A DNA stretch of 64,000 nt from an uncultured Candidatus Saccharibacteria bacterium (GTDB lineage: Bacteria > Patescibacteriota > Minisyncoccia > Phycocordibacterales > JACOZG01), in contig CAYICB010000001.1 in assembly GCA_964361825.1 (NCBI GenBank), forward strand, positions 30,644 through 94,643. The letters run 5' to 3'. Below are positions 53,653 through 63,999 of the stretch, piece by piece (the stretch's first letter is position 1; each line of letters starts with the position of its first letter). The notes under the pieces are model-generated. The model did not search any database, was not told where the DNA came from, and saw only the letters and a list, made by a program, of their open reading frames with translations. The translations under genes and the position numbers were made by a program.

Positions 53653-55563
53653 TCAAAACATAATTACGCTGTCGCGCAATGGCGTGGGCAGAGAATTAGC
53701 AAAAAGTTCTGGCTCAATATCGAAAATAAATTCTGATGGCAAGTTAACTTGTCGCCCGCCAAAGATGGTTCGTGTTTCGGCGTAAGATAAATATAATTTT
53801 TCTTTCGCGCGGGTGATGGCTACATAAAACAGGCGCCGCTCTTCTTCCTCATCGCGTGCCTCATCGCTTACGCCCATGAAGACATGCGGAAAAAGATTTT
53901 GTTCGAGACCAGTGACAAAAACATGAGCAAACTCCAAACCTTTAGCGGCGTGAACGGTCATCATTTTTACTCCCGCCTTTTTTTCGTTGAGCGTGTCTTG
54001 ATCAGTAACGAGCGCCGCCTCGTCGAGCAGGGCTTGGGTAGAATTGGTGCCAGTTAAACCATCATATTTCTTGGCCAGCGTGACCAATTCGCGCAAATTT
54101 TCTAAGCGTTCTTTGTCGTCATCGCCACCAGCTTGCAATAATTTTTGCCAGCCACTTTTTTCTAAAACAAATTTTATGACCTCGTTCGCCCCCATGATTT
54201 CTGTCATTTGTTTAATTTCGTTTAGGAGGGTTTGGAAACTTTGCCATTTGGCTTGAGTGCTTGCGGGCAATTGGTTTGTATTACCAGAAAATATTTTGGC
54301 GAGCGTCACTTTGCCAATGCCCCGCGGCGGAATATTGATGACCCTTTTTAAACTAAATAAATCTTCGCGATTGAGCGTGGCGCGGAGGAAGGCAATCATG
54401 TCTTTAATTTCTTCGCGCTCGAAGAAGCGCGTGCCCAGCACTTGGTAGGCAATGCCAGCGCGGAGCAAACCTTCTTCTAGGGCGCGTGATTGGAAGTTGG
54501 CGCGGTAGAGAATCGCGATCTCCTCGGGCTTTGCTCGGTGGGCTAGAAGCTGGGCAATTTTGCCGGCAACTTGGCCCGCTTCATCCGCTTCGTCGAAGCC
54601 AGCAAGGAGATCAATTTTCTCCCCGGCTCCATTTTTGGTAAAGAGATTTTTTTCTTTGCGCTTAGTGTTTTTCTTAATAATGGCATTGGCGGCGGCGAGA
54701 ATGTTTTGGGTCGAGCGATAATTTTCTTCGAGGGTGACGACTCGCGCTTCGGGATAATCTTCTTCAAAGCGCAAAAGATTTTCGAAGTCCGCCCCGCGCC
54801 AGCTGTAAATTGATTGATCCACATCGCCCACCACACAGACATTACGATGAGCTGCGGCCAAGAGTCTCGCGAGGTCATATTGAATCGTATTGGTGTCTTG
54901 ATACTCATCAATGTGTAAATAACGAAAGCGCTTTTGATATTCTCCCAGAATCTCTGGTCGTTCGCGGAAAAGACGCACCGTTTCGGCGAGTAAGTCGTCA
55001 AAGTCGAGTGCCCCGGCCTCATGCAAGCCCTCATTGTATTTTTGCCACACTTGGCCCACCGTCTTCTGGAAGAAGGAGTTGCTGGTGGCGCTCTCGAGGA
55101 AGCTGGAGCGATTGTGGCCGGCACTTTTGGCCCGCGAAATGGCGTTTAAGACCTTACGGGGCTCTAGGGTTTTGGGATCTAAACCGAGGCTTTTGATTGC
55201 CTCTTTAATCGTTTTGAGTGATTCATCGCGATCGAAAATCGAAAAATTTTTCTTGAGACCAAGGCGCTCGGCTTCATTCCGGAGCACAAAGACGCCAAAA
55301 GAGTGGAAGGTGCTGGCAAAAGGCAAATCGTCTGAAGCGAGGAGTTTTTGCAAACGCTCACGCAACTCCCCCGCCGCCTTATTGGTAAAGGTGATGGCAA
55401 GGATGGAGCGAGGCTCTACCCCCTGACGGACTAGGTGGAGAATGCGGTGAGTGAGGGTTTTGGTTTTGCCAGCCCCAGCCCCAGCCACAATTAACAGAGG
55501 CCCCTCTTTGTGGAGTACCGCTTCCCGTTGTGCCTGATTTAATTCGGCCAAATAATCAGTCAT
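53653..55563 (-). CDS. pcrA: ATP-dependent DNA helicase PcrA/UvrD
   Basis: Motif I AGAGAGKTKTLTHR, motif II DEYQDTN and SF1 helicase motifs III-VI. Confidence 0.9.
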   Translation of the reverse strand: MTDYLAELNQAQREAVLHKEGPLLIVAGAGAGKTKTLTHRILHLVRQGVEPRSILAITFTNKAAGELRERLQKLLASDDLPFASTFHSFGVFVLRNEAERLGLKKNFSIFDRDESLKTIKEAIKSLGLDPKTLEPRKVLNAISRAKSAGHNRSSFLESATSNSFFQKTVGQVWQKYNEGLHEAGALDFDDLLAETVRLFRERPEILGEYQKRFRYLHIDEYQDTNTIQYDLARLLAAAHRNVCVVGDVDQSIYSWRGADFENLLRFEEDYPEARVVTLEENYRSTQNILAAANAIIKKNTKRKEKNLFTKNGAGEKIDLLAGFDEADEAGQVAGKIAQLLAHRAKPEEIAILYRANFQSRALEEGLLRAGIAYQVLGTRFFEREEIKDMIAFLRATLNREDLFSLKRVINIPPRGIGKVTLAKIFSGNTNQLPASTQAKWQSFQTLLNEIKQMTEIMGANEVIKFVLEKSGWQKLLQAGGDDDKERLENLRELVTLAKKYDGLTGTNSTQALLDEAALVTDQDTLNEKKAGVKMMTVHAAKGLEFAHVFVTGLEQNLFPHVFMGVSDEARDEEEERRLFYVAITRAKEKLYLSYAETRTIFGGRQVNLPSEFIFDIEPELFANSLPTPLRDSVIMF

Positions 55564-55574
55564 TAACGAATTAT

Positions 55575-55612
55575 ACGTTTTTTACTCAATAAAAAAAGCG
55601 AGCGTCGTTCCT
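55575..55612 (-). terminator. rho-independent terminator
   Basis: GCGAG...CTCGC hairpin followed on the - strand by T7. Confidence 0.55.
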
Positions 55613-55633
55613 CCGACTCTCGCTTGGGTAAAC

Positions 55634-56341
55634 CTAGTTTTCAATCAGAAGTTCGTATTGAGGCCTCCTGTTGCCCAAGCAACCATTGCTTCTCGTGGCC
55701 ACACAGGTGGCCAGGCAAGCACGGACCATCTTTCCTAGTCTCTCAATGTTCTTTGGAAGAAAGTCTGACGGAAAGACTGGAAAATTGGCTTTACCACCGG
55801 ACATTTTTCTCAAGCTGGTAGTGAGATCCAAAGTGGCGCTGGCATAGGAGTTGCCAAACTGATCTTCCAGTCTAAACAAGGCGTCGACTCCGAAATTGTG
55901 GTCTAGGTTGCTATCGACCGTGCTATAGAACTTGAGAGTAAAAAGTTCAAGTAGTTTGGGGTGATTTTTTTCGATCTCTCCCTTGACTACATTGAATAAT
56001 TTTTGAGAGAGATTGGTTGGTGGGCTAGTTGGATCCCATTCCTTCGGCTGATTATTGATTGCTTCCCTTTCCTCTCTCTCATACTGTGTGGGTGTTCTCG
56101 GTTCTTTGAAGTCGTCTTTCCTTGGTTGTTCCTCCGGTACGCCCAGAACCCTCATTTCAAAGGCCCGCCCGGGTCGTACATGTTTTCTTGGTTCGGGTAT
56201 AAATGTGATCGGGCTATTGGTGGTTTCAGGCGAAAGATTGTTGGTGGGGCGGGATTTTTGCCTAGCTCCATTTCTACCTTTTTCTGTTCCCAGCATGGGA
56301 TCCTCCTTTTTGGTTAAAGACAACAAACAAACTGATTTCAA
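55634..56341 (-). CDS. hypothetical protein
   Basis: Charged, low-complexity N-terminal half. Followed by a terminator. Confidence 0.35.
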   Translation of the reverse strand: MKSVCLLSLTKKEDPMLGTEKGRNGARQKSRPTNNLSPETTNSPITFIPEPRKHVRPGRAFEMRVLGVPEEQPRKDDFKEPRTPTQYEREEREAINNQPKEWDPTSPPTNLSQKLFNVVKGEIEKNHPKLLELFTLKFYSTVDSNLDHNFGVDALFRLEDQFGNSYASATLDLTTSLRKMSGGKANFPVFPSDFLPKNIERLGKMVRACLATCVATRSNGCLGNRRPQYELLIEN

Positions 56342-56575
56342 GTGTTCAAAAATCTATTCATGATTCTGCATTTTTTGGTAAAAAAAGTCAAATTTCTTAT
56401 CCCCAATTTCAATTTTGAACTCTTGGGGGTATTGGTTCATAATGCTCCCCAGTCTGATTGACTGCCTGATCGATTACGCTTACCGCCGACCAGAAACCCT
56501 AGAAACCGGCTTATTTTATCTAAAAAACACAAAACAGTTAGCCGCAAGGCTTTCTACTTATTACCCCTTATTTTA

Positions 56576-57508
56576 ATGAGCTTAGCCTTTACGGCTAAGG
56601 CTGGTTTTTTTTCTTTATTTAGTGGCGTTTTTGCTTCAAGTGATGAGTATTTGGCGGCCACAAACAGCGAGAATTCTCAAACCGTTGAGATTTTAGAAGC
56701 TTCTGGTTCACTGATCAGCCGAGCTCGTGGTGGTGGCGAGATTTCTTTGGTCGAAGGAGAAGCTCTTTTAGCAGAAAATGTCTCCTTTTTGCCCGAACGC
56801 CAAGGCGAATTGGGTTCAGAACAAATTACCACCTATACAGTACGAGAGGGTGATACGCTGTCTCAAATTTCTGAAATGTTTGGTGTTTCTATTAACACTA
56901 TTCGTTGGGCTAATGATTTAAAACGAGTTGATTCTATTAGGGTTGGTCAGTCTTTAGTTATTTTGCCAGTTTCGGGAGTAAAACATATAGTAAAAAAGAA
57001 TGATACTTTAGCCAATATTGCTAAGCAGTATAAGGGTGATTTGGCTGAAATCATTGAATTTAATGATTTGCTTACTGGTGAAGCTTTGGTGGTAGGAGAA
57101 ACGGTGATTATTCCTGACGGGGAAATTGTGCAACCCCCTAAGAATGATTCTGGCGCTAGCTATGCTGGTTACTACGAGAGGCCAATTAAGGGTGGTAAAA
57201 AAACCCAAGGTTTGCATGGTTATAACGGCGTTGACTTGGCCACTTATGCTGGTGCTCCGGTTTACGCAGCGGCTGAAGGGCAGGTGGTGGTAAGTAAATC
57301 AAGTGGTTGGAATGGCGGCTACGGCAACTATGTTGTGATTAAGCATCCAAATAAAACTCAAACGCTTTATGCTCACTTGAGCAAAAATTTGGTTAAAGTG
57401 GGCACTAAGGTTGCTCAAGGTCAAGTGATCGGTGAAAACGGCTCTACCGGCAAATCTACTGGCCCCCATCTCCATTTTGAAGTCCGGGGGGCTAAAAACC
57501 CCTTTTAA
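56576..57508 (+). CDS. LysM-domain M23 family metallopeptidase
   Basis: Two LysM repeats (YTVREGDTLSQISEMFGVS, HIVKKNDTLANIAKQYK) and M23 motifs including GSTGKSTGPHLHFEV. Confidence 0.85.
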   Translation: MSLAFTAKAGFFSLFSGVFASSDEYLAATNSENSQTVEILEASGSLISRARGGGEISLVEGEALLAENVSFLPERQGELGSEQITTYTVREGDTLSQISEMFGVSINTIRWANDLKRVDSIRVGQSLVILPVSGVKHIVKKNDTLANIAKQYKGDLAEIIEFNDLLTGEALVVGETVIIPDGEIVQPPKNDSGASYAGYYERPIKGGKKTQGLHGYNGVDLATYAGAPVYAAAEGQVVVSKSSGWNGGYGNYVVIKHPNKTQTLYAHLSKNLVKVGTKVAQGQVIGENGSTGKSTGPHLHFEVRGAKNPF

Positions 57509-59067
57509 ATCACACTTTTTGGTCGATATTGGATCGCTTCGAAAAGGTGGCTATCTTTAATTTCATCTTCATCGGCAAGGTCGGCAATAGTGCGAGCGAT
57601 TTTGATTAAGCGATGGTAAACGCGCGCTGAGAGGCCGAGACGGATGGCGGCGTCATTGAGTATTTTGGTTTCTTTGTCCCCTAGCGGGGCATATTTTTTA
57701 AGATCTTTAGCCGACATTTCATTATTTGTCTTAATTTTCGTTTCACTGTCGGCAAAGCGCTTCAATTGCCGTTCGCGGGCTTGGGTGATGCGCTCGCGGA
57801 GTTTTGGTGATTCGGCCTGATTATCAGTATGAGTTGAGAGTTTACTGGGATCGACTGGTGCGGCGGTAAGCCACAGGTCAATCCGATCAACGATTGGCCC
57901 GGAGAGTTTGCGTTCATAACGAGCTAAAGACCCCGGATTACAAACGCACTCCTTACCTTTTGTGCCCTTATTGCCGCATGGGCAAGGATTCATGGCAGCG
58001 ACGAGAATAAAGTTGGCGGGGAAGGTGGCGGTACCCTTAGCTCGCGCCACGCGAATAATTCGATCTTCGAGCGGTTGACGCAAAGCTTCGATAACGCGTT
58101 TATCAAACTCCGGAAACTCATCAAGGAAGAGAACCCCGCGATGGGCCAAAGTAATTTCTCCCGGTTTTGGTTGATTACCGCCACCAACTAGCGAAACATA
58201 AGACGCCGTGTGGTGGGGAGAGCGAAATGGGGGTGTGGTCATTAGGTCATTCCCGAGTTCACCGGCCGCCGAGTGAATGCCGGTGATTTCTAGAATTTCG
58301 TCAAAGTCGAGGCGGGGCAAAATGCTGGCGAAGGCCTTAGCGAGCATGGTTTTTCCGGTGCCTGGTGGTCCCGAGAGCGCGATATTGTGGCGTCCAGCGG
58401 CGGCAATTTCGAGGCCGCGTTTAGCCGTTTCTTGCCCTTTTACATCGGCAAAATCGAGGAAAAAAGGTGATTCTTCATACTCAATGGGTGTGGGTGGCGT
58501 TGCTGGGATTTTTATCATCACCGATTCCCCTTCTTCGCCCTCCATTAGTCGTTTCGGACTCAAGTGATTGGCAATTTCTCGTAAATTTTTGGCGCCATAT
58601 ACCGCAATGCCCTCAATCAGCGCCGCTTCTTTGGCATTCCCGAGTGGTAAATAGATTTCTTCAAAACCGGCCAGTTTGAGTTTGCGGGTTAATAATAAGG
58701 CGCCGCGAATTGGTCGTAAGTCACCATTGAGAGCCAGTTCTCCGAGAAAGGCCTTTTTTTCTGGTTTAAAATTAACATCTTTAGTGGCCGCCAAATGAGC
58801 CAAAGCAATAGCTAGATCGAAAACCGGCCCCTCTTTCTTGAGGTCGGCCGGCGCGAGCGAAACAATCACTTTCCGGTTCCCTTTCTGGGGTGAGGGAAAA
58901 CCCGAATTTTTGATGGCCGCGCTAATCCGTTCCTTCGCTTCTTCCACGGCCTTATCGGGCAGACCCACAATCACAAAGGAGTGTAAGCCTTTGGCCACAT
59001 CCACTTCGACCTCAATGATTTCTGGTTTTAGGCCTGAAAGTTGTGCCGAGTAGACTTTGGCGAGCAT
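57505..59067 (-). CDS. comM: YifB/ComM family Mg-chelatase-like AAA+ ATPase
   Basis: ChlI-like N-terminus, Walker A GPPGTGKTML and a C-terminal domain. Confidence 0.85.
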   Translation of the reverse strand: MLAKVYSAQLSGLKPEIIEVEVDVAKGLHSFVIVGLPDKAVEEAKERISAAIKNSGFPSPQKGNRKVIVSLAPADLKKEGPVFDLAIALAHLAATKDVNFKPEKKAFLGELALNGDLRPIRGALLLTRKLKLAGFEEIYLPLGNAKEAALIEGIAVYGAKNLREIANHLSPKRLMEGEEGESVMIKIPATPPTPIEYEESPFFLDFADVKGQETAKRGLEIAAAGRHNIALSGPPGTGKTMLAKAFASILPRLDFDEILEITGIHSAAGELGNDLMTTPPFRSPHHTASYVSLVGGGNQPKPGEITLAHRGVLFLDEFPEFDKRVIEALRQPLEDRIIRVARAKGTATFPANFILVAAMNPCPCGNKGTKGKECVCNPGSLARYERKLSGPIVDRIDLWLTAAPVDPSKLSTHTDNQAESPKLRERITQARERQLKRFADSETKIKTNNEMSAKDLKKYAPLGDKETKILNDAAIRLGLSARVYHRLIKIARTIADLADEDEIKDSHLFEAIQYRPKSVI

Positions 59068-59421
59068 TTATTCGAGATGTTGCTTGCAGGTGGCGGCGGC
59101 GGGATTGGCCAATAAACGATCTTCCTCGATCGGTTTTGGGCATTTAATACACTGTCCGTAAGTTCCAGAGTTAATTTTTTCTAAGGCTAGCTTCACTTCT
59201 TGGAGACGGTCACCGAGGGCATTGGCTGAGGCTTCACGATCTTCCCATTCCTCTAAACGATTGGCGGTTTCATCGCGAGAATCACTTTCTTTTTCGGCTG
59301 ACATGGTGGCTTGCCAATCTTTAGGATTTTCGGGGTTTAGCATGGCAAACTCTTTGAGCTCTTGTTCTAAGCGCTCGCGCTCTGTTTCGAGCCTAATTTT
59401 GAATTGGCCAAAATCTAACAT
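59068..59421 (-). CDS. DksA/TraR-family C4 zinc-finger protein
   Basis: C-terminal CIKC...C motif. Confidence 0.55.
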   Translation of the reverse strand: MLDFGQFKIRLETERERLEQELKEFAMLNPENPKDWQATMSAEKESDSRDETANRLEEWEDREASANALGDRLQEVKLALEKINSGTYGQCIKCPKPIEEDRLLANPAAATCKQHLE

Positions 59422-59445
59422 GGGTCTATTTTAAGTTATTTATGG

Positions 59446-60606
59446 TTATTGTCCAGCCTGACGAGAACGGTCAATGACTTCACCAAAAACCGTGTTATTT
59501 TTCGCGATAATTAAAAGGTTACGGTTTAAGAAGCCATAAACCACGAAACCGCCCAGCTCTCTGGTGTCAATGTTTTTCAAAACCTGATCGGTAAACTTTG
59601 CCTCTCGCGGCGGGTTAACTGTTTGGCCGGCTAAAATCTCTCCCAAATCTATGGCCAGGGTTTTTTCCCAAGCTAACATGCCAGCAAAAGCTCGGTCGTA
59701 ATCAGTTATGGTCAGGGCCAAAAAAGAGCCACTGCCTTTGCCGTAAATCCCAAGCATAAACTTGGTACCTAGCGCCGAAAGAAAGTTTTCTGTTCGGCCT
59801 AAAGCCAAGAGATTTTGCCAAAATCTGAAATTGACTACCTGATTATTGTTGGTAAAAAATAATTCTAGAACTTCATCAGCGTCTCCGGTGGCCATGATTT
59901 CTTCGTTAATCTGGCGTTTTAACTCGCGGGCGCTTGATTTTTCCAAAGCCAAAACCTTGTGTTTTTCGGCAAAAATCAGAGATTCTGGTTTGAGAACGGT
60001 TGAGATTGGAGGATTTACTTCTTTGGGAAGATTAATTTTTGAAAAAGCAAAAAAGTATGCTCCGCCGCCAACCAAGAGCAAGAAAATAATTAAAACAATG
60101 ATGACTCCACCAAAACGGCGGGATTTGGTGGTGGCGAGATTATCAACTCGTTTTTTTTCTTCGGTGCTGAGGGCGATTCTGGTGAGGGAAATTTTTTCGC
60201 TATCGGCGGCTTCGGTTAGATCGGTTTTTAAGGTACGGATACCCGAGAGGCTGGCGGGGGCCTTTTTGATTTCTTGGATGGTTTTTTCAGCTTGGTTAAT
60301 ATTTGTGCGACGATTTTGGTTGGCTTGTTCGGTGGCGGCGCGACTAGCGGCGGCGGCTTGTGCCGCCGCCCGCTCTTTTTCTGCCGCCGCTTCCGCTGTT
60401 TGTTTAACCGCGAGTTCGGCCAATTTGATTACTTGCTCCGCCTTTTCCTTGGCTAAGTGACGCTCACTTCCCTCTAGGGCGCGAACGGCTTCGCGGCGCC
60501 TAGATTCTGTTTCTTCTTTATCACTCTCGCGTTTTTTTTGCCTCGCTTCCCCTTCTAGGGCTAAGCGGGCTTCCTGCCGACGATTGGCTAAGTCTTGGTT
60601 TTCCAT
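59446..60606 (-). CDS. hypothetical coiled-coil membrane protein
   Basis: Ala/Glu/Arg-rich coiled coil, then a TM helix (VIIVLIIFLLLVGGGAYFFAF). Confidence 0.4.
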   Translation of the reverse strand: MENQDLANRRQEARLALEGEARQKKRESDKEETESRRREAVRALEGSERHLAKEKAEQVIKLAELAVKQTAEAAAEKERAAAQAAAASRAATEQANQNRRTNINQAEKTIQEIKKAPASLSGIRTLKTDLTEAADSEKISLTRIALSTEEKKRVDNLATTKSRRFGGVIIVLIIFLLLVGGGAYFFAFSKINLPKEVNPPISTVLKPESLIFAEKHKVLALEKSSARELKRQINEEIMATGDADEVLELFFTNNNQVVNFRFWQNLLALGRTENFLSALGTKFMLGIYGKGSGSFLALTITDYDRAFAGMLAWEKTLAIDLGEILAGQTVNPPREAKFTDQVLKNIDTRELGGFVVYGFLNRNLLIIAKNNTVFGEVIDRSRQAGQ

Positions 60607-61166
60607 TAACCTAAAATGTTTTTTAAGGCGTCGAGGCGAGTTTTTATCCCATCCTCTTCATCCAATAGGGTGCGATATTTTTGCGTACTTACTTCGATTT
60701 TACCTTCTACCTGCGTTAGTTCGGTTTGGAAACCCCACTTTTTTTCTTCAATGGCGCGCCGTTTGGTTTGGGTCGCCCAACGCTTGTTTTCCGCCAATTG
60801 TTTATCGGCCGGCGCGGCGGCGCGGGCTTCTTCCAATTCGTTTTTTGCTTCTTCTTCCTCTAGCGCTTTTTCGTCGGTTAAAAGCGGCGTTAGTTTGGTG
60901 TTTAATTCTTTGCGTTTATCATCGAGCGTAATCCACTCTAGTTCCAGAGCGGATTTTTGTTGATCGAGGAGGGATATCTTTTTTTCTAACTCGCTTTGCT
61001 CTTTTCTCGCCCCGTCTTTTTTGTTTGCTTCTTCTTGTTTGGCTAAGCGTTCGGGGCCAGCCATAGCCGCTTGGGCGGCGGCTAATTTATCATTAATATC
61101 TGCGCCACTTACCGTGGCAGTGGGGGGGTTAAATTCCACCCCCGCGACTTCAGTTTGTTTCTCCAT
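60606..61166 (-). CDS. hypothetical coiled-coil protein
   Basis: Charged heptad-like sequence. Confidence 0.4.
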   Translation of the reverse strand: MEKQTEVAGVEFNPPTATVSGADINDKLAAAQAAMAGPERLAKQEEANKKDGARKEQSELEKKISLLDQQKSALELEWITLDDKRKELNTKLTPLLTDEKALEEEEAKNELEEARAAAPADKQLAENKRWATQTKRRAIEEKKWGFQTELTQVEGKIEVSTQKYRTLLDEEDGIKTRLDALKNILG

Positions 61167-61184
61167 TCCCCTATTATAGCGGAA

Positions 61185-61751
61185 CTAATTTTTATTTTCT
61201 TCTGGTGGTTTGGGATTATTTTCTACTCGGCGACCGCGGCGATTAGGTAAAAGTAAATATTTTCTTGGATTTTCTCCTAAATCAATAAAACTATCCGCCA
61301 CTTCTTTAAGTTTGCCGGAAGTGCTTTTGCCAAAAGAGATTACTTCCACTTGAGTGCCGGTGTGATTTTTCACGTACTCGACTAAGGGGACAAAATCACC
61401 ATCACCAGAGGCGAGCACAATGGCGTCGAGTTTGGGGGCTAGACGCACGGCATCCATGGCGAGCCCCACATCCCAGTCGGCTTTTTTGGCGCCACCAACA
61501 AAAATTTGCAAATCTTTGGTTTTGATTTCAATACCCATCCTCTCCATTGCTTCAAAAAAATTTTTTTCTTCGCCAGACTCGGTAGTAACCACATAGGCCA
61601 TAGCGCGAACCAAGTTGCGGTCACCCACCGCTTCTTTCAAAACGGCGCCGAAATTTACCCTTGCTTGGTAAAGGTTTTTGGCGCAATGGTAAAGATTTTG
61701 CGTATCAATAAAAACACCAACCCGCTGACTAGAATGTTTAATAACTGACAT
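61185..61751 (-). CDS. NYN-domain (LabA-like) protein
   Basis: VGVFIDTQNLYHCAKN...IVLASGDGDFVPLV. Confidence 0.7.
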   Translation of the reverse strand: MSVIKHSSQRVGVFIDTQNLYHCAKNLYQARVNFGAVLKEAVGDRNLVRAMAYVVTTESGEEKNFFEAMERMGIEIKTKDLQIFVGGAKKADWDVGLAMDAVRLAPKLDAIVLASGDGDFVPLVEYVKNHTGTQVEVISFGKSTSGKLKEVADSFIDLGENPRKYLLLPNRRGRRVENNPKPPEENKN

Positions 61752-61988
61752 TTAAGTGGTCTTTTTAGCCTTCACTCGCGCGGTATACTTTAAGTGGGCT
61801 CGGCGTTTGGCGACTAATTTCAAAAGTCCCCGTCGAGAATGCTTGTCTTTGGGGTATTTTTTGAGGTGTTTGGTTAAGGCTTCAATTTGCTCACCGATTA
61901 GCGCAGCTTGGACTGAAGACGAACCGGTATCTTTGCTGTGGATCCGGCTCGACTCAATAACTCCTTTCTTTTTCTTGGTTGAAAGCAT
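61752..61988 (-). CDS. rpsO: 30S ribosomal protein S15
   Basis: The HSRRGLLKLVAKRRAHLKY motif. Start at an internal Met. Confidence 0.85.
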   Translation of the reverse strand: MLSTKKKKGVIESSRIHSKDTGSSSVQAALIGEQIEALTKHLKKYPKDKHSRRGLLKLVAKRRAHLKYTARVKAKKTT

Positions 61989-62019
61989 ATTGATGGTATC
62001 ATAACAAAACAAGTGATAT

Positions 62020-62880
62020 ATGGCAAATTCTGACTTAGTTGAGCTTAAAAAGCAGTTTTTAGAATATTTAGAAATCGAGCGTGGACGAAGTGCTAAAACC
62101 GTGGCTAATTATGACCACTACCTTAAGCGTTTTCTTCAATTTTCTCAAGCTAAAACCTCAGAGCAAATTACCGCCGAAAGTCTAAGAAAGTATCGATTAT
62201 GGTTAAATCGAGAAACCCTCAAGAAAAACACCCAAAATTATCATCTCATCGCTCTTCGGTCTTTCTTTAAATATCTTGATAAAAGAGGGAAAAAGATTCT
62301 GTCTCCCACCGAGATTGATTTGGCCAAGGTGCCTAGCCGAGATTTGGACTTAATTAGTTCGGAAGATTTAGAACGCCTCCTAAAAAGCCCCAAATTGTTA
62401 CGCGATCGGGCCATTTTAGAGCTTTTTTTCTCTACTGGCCTTCGGGTGTCCGAACTTTGTGCTCTTGATCGAGACAGTTTCAGTCTCAAGCAAGATGAAT
62501 TCTCGGTTCGGGGCAAAGGTGAGAAGGTACGAGTGGTTTTCCTCTCTAATGCGGCCAAACAAGCCGTAGGAAACTATTTACGAGAAAGAACCGACACCGA
62601 AGAATGTCTGTTTGTTAGCGAAAAATTGACCCGTCTTACACCCAGAAGCGTTGAGCGGATTATCAAGCGTTGCGCGATTGAGGCTGGGATTACCAAAAAG
62701 GTTACTCCTCACACTCTGCGTCACAGTTTTGCCACGGACTTGCTCCGTAATGGGGCCGATCTTCGCTCGGTCCAGATGATGCTCGGCCACGCCAATATTT
62801 CCACTACCCAAATCTATACCCACCTCACTGATCGCCAACTAAAAGAGGTCCATAAGGCTTTCCACCGAAAGACTGAGTAA
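62020..62880 (+). CDS. tyrosine recombinase XerC/XerD
   Basis: Catalytic R...HxxR...Y (TPHTLRHSFATDLL...IYTHL). Confidence 0.85.
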   Translation: MANSDLVELKKQFLEYLEIERGRSAKTVANYDHYLKRFLQFSQAKTSEQITAESLRKYRLWLNRETLKKNTQNYHLIALRSFFKYLDKRGKKILSPTEIDLAKVPSRDLDLISSEDLERLLKSPKLLRDRAILELFFSTGLRVSELCALDRDSFSLKQDEFSVRGKGEKVRVVFLSNAAKQAVGNYLRERTDTEECLFVSEKLTRLTPRSVERIIKRCAIEAGITKKVTPHTLRHSFATDLLRNGADLRSVQMMLGHANISTTQIYTHLTDRQLKEVHKAFHRKTE

Positions 62881-63004
62881 GTTATCCCCAACTTTATCTT
62901 GTCCTTTAAATTGTCCTATAGTAAACTCTTGTCTAGGTATGATTTGTTCCTAAAAACACGATCGGGTTTGTTTAATTTCTCCACCTAACAAATAACAAAC
63001 CTTT

Positions 63005-63040
63005 TCAAAGTCAAAACCACCCAAGCAAAAGGGTGTGTTT
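63005..63040. terminator. bidirectional terminator between xer and cca
   Basis: CACCC...GGGTG hairpin followed by T9 on the + strand. Confidence 0.5.
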
Positions 63041-63042
63041 TT

Positions 63043-63999
63043 TTATTTTACGGCGTATTTTTGGCGGATTTTTTTCAGCTCCCCTTCTTCTACGGCTTCT
63101 TTTTTTTCTTTGCCCGCTTCCCCAAGTTTTTGTAATTCCTGATCTGGCAGATTCGCTAGTTCTTTGGCACGCATTTCTAATGTTTCAACTGTATTTAACT
63201 CTGGTTTATCAAGAACTTCTTCAAGTAAAGCGTGGAGAATTTGACCAATTTTTGGTCCCGGGGGCGTTTTAGTCACTTCGATGATCCGCGCACCATTGAT
63301 TTTTAACATCGCAACAGAAGTGGGGCTACGCAAGGCTTCTTCGATCATCGATTCATATTTTCTTAGACGGTAGGGACTCTCTTTTGGTCTACCCATGCCA
63401 ATTCGATCGCAGTTTCGTACTTTCATTAGATCCCAAACCAGTTCCTGACCCACATTACGGATAATTCGCCTTACGGCCGAGAGAGTGATTTTTTCGATAT
63501 CGGTAAAAAACATGTGATTTCTGACCAGTTTCTCCACTGTTTCTACTATTTTGCTAGAAAACTTAAGACGCCCCATGGCCTTTCGGGCCATTTTAGCCCC
63601 AACCACATCGTGTCCATAGAAGGTCCAATCCCCTTTCTCCTCCCCCCACTTTCTGGTTTTAGGCTTCCCGATATCGTGGAATAGGGCAGCCAGTCTCACG
63701 TGAAACTCAAAATTCTTATCTGCTGAATGTTGGAGCACTCGTAGGGTGTGTTCCCAAACATCATATTTATGATCGCCGTTCTGTTTCATCCCTATCCCCT
63801 CCGCTAGTTCTGGTAAAAATTGGCCTAAAATACCCAGTTTATGGCTTAAAATAAGACCAACCATGGGTTGTTTAGACATAATAATTTTGCCAAATTCATC
63901 TCTAATCCTTTCGGCCGAAATTTTTTGTAATAAAACAGATTGTTCGGTGATGGCATTAGCAGTCTCGGTGTTTATCGTGAAACCTAATTCCGTGGCCAA
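63043..63999 (-). CDS. cca: tRNA nucleotidyltransferase (CCA-adding)/poly(A) polymerase family, C-terminal part with HD domain (5' end outside window)
   Basis: LAALFHDIGKP HD motif. The ORF is open to the window edge. Confidence 0.65.
   Translation of the reverse strand: MATELGFTINTETANAITEQSVLLQKISAERIRDEFGKIIMSKQPMVGLILSHKLGILGQFLPELAEGIGMKQNGDHKYDVWEHTLRVLQHSADKNFEFHVRLAALFHDIGKPKTRKWGEEKGDWTFYGHDVVGAKMARKAMGRLKFSSKIVETVEKLVRNHMFFTDIEKITLSAVRRIIRNVGQELVWDLMKVRNCDRIGMGRPKESPYRLRKYESMIEEALRSPTSVAMLKINGARIIEVTKTPPGPKIGQILHALLEEVLDKPELNTVETLEMRAKELANLPDQELQKLGEAGKEKKEAVEEGELKKIRQKYAVK

Noticed and set aside
54043-55426. Multiple ORFs of 60-190 aa on both strands inside 53653..55563
   Set aside because: All lie inside the continuous, motif-complete PcrA/UvrD reading frame.
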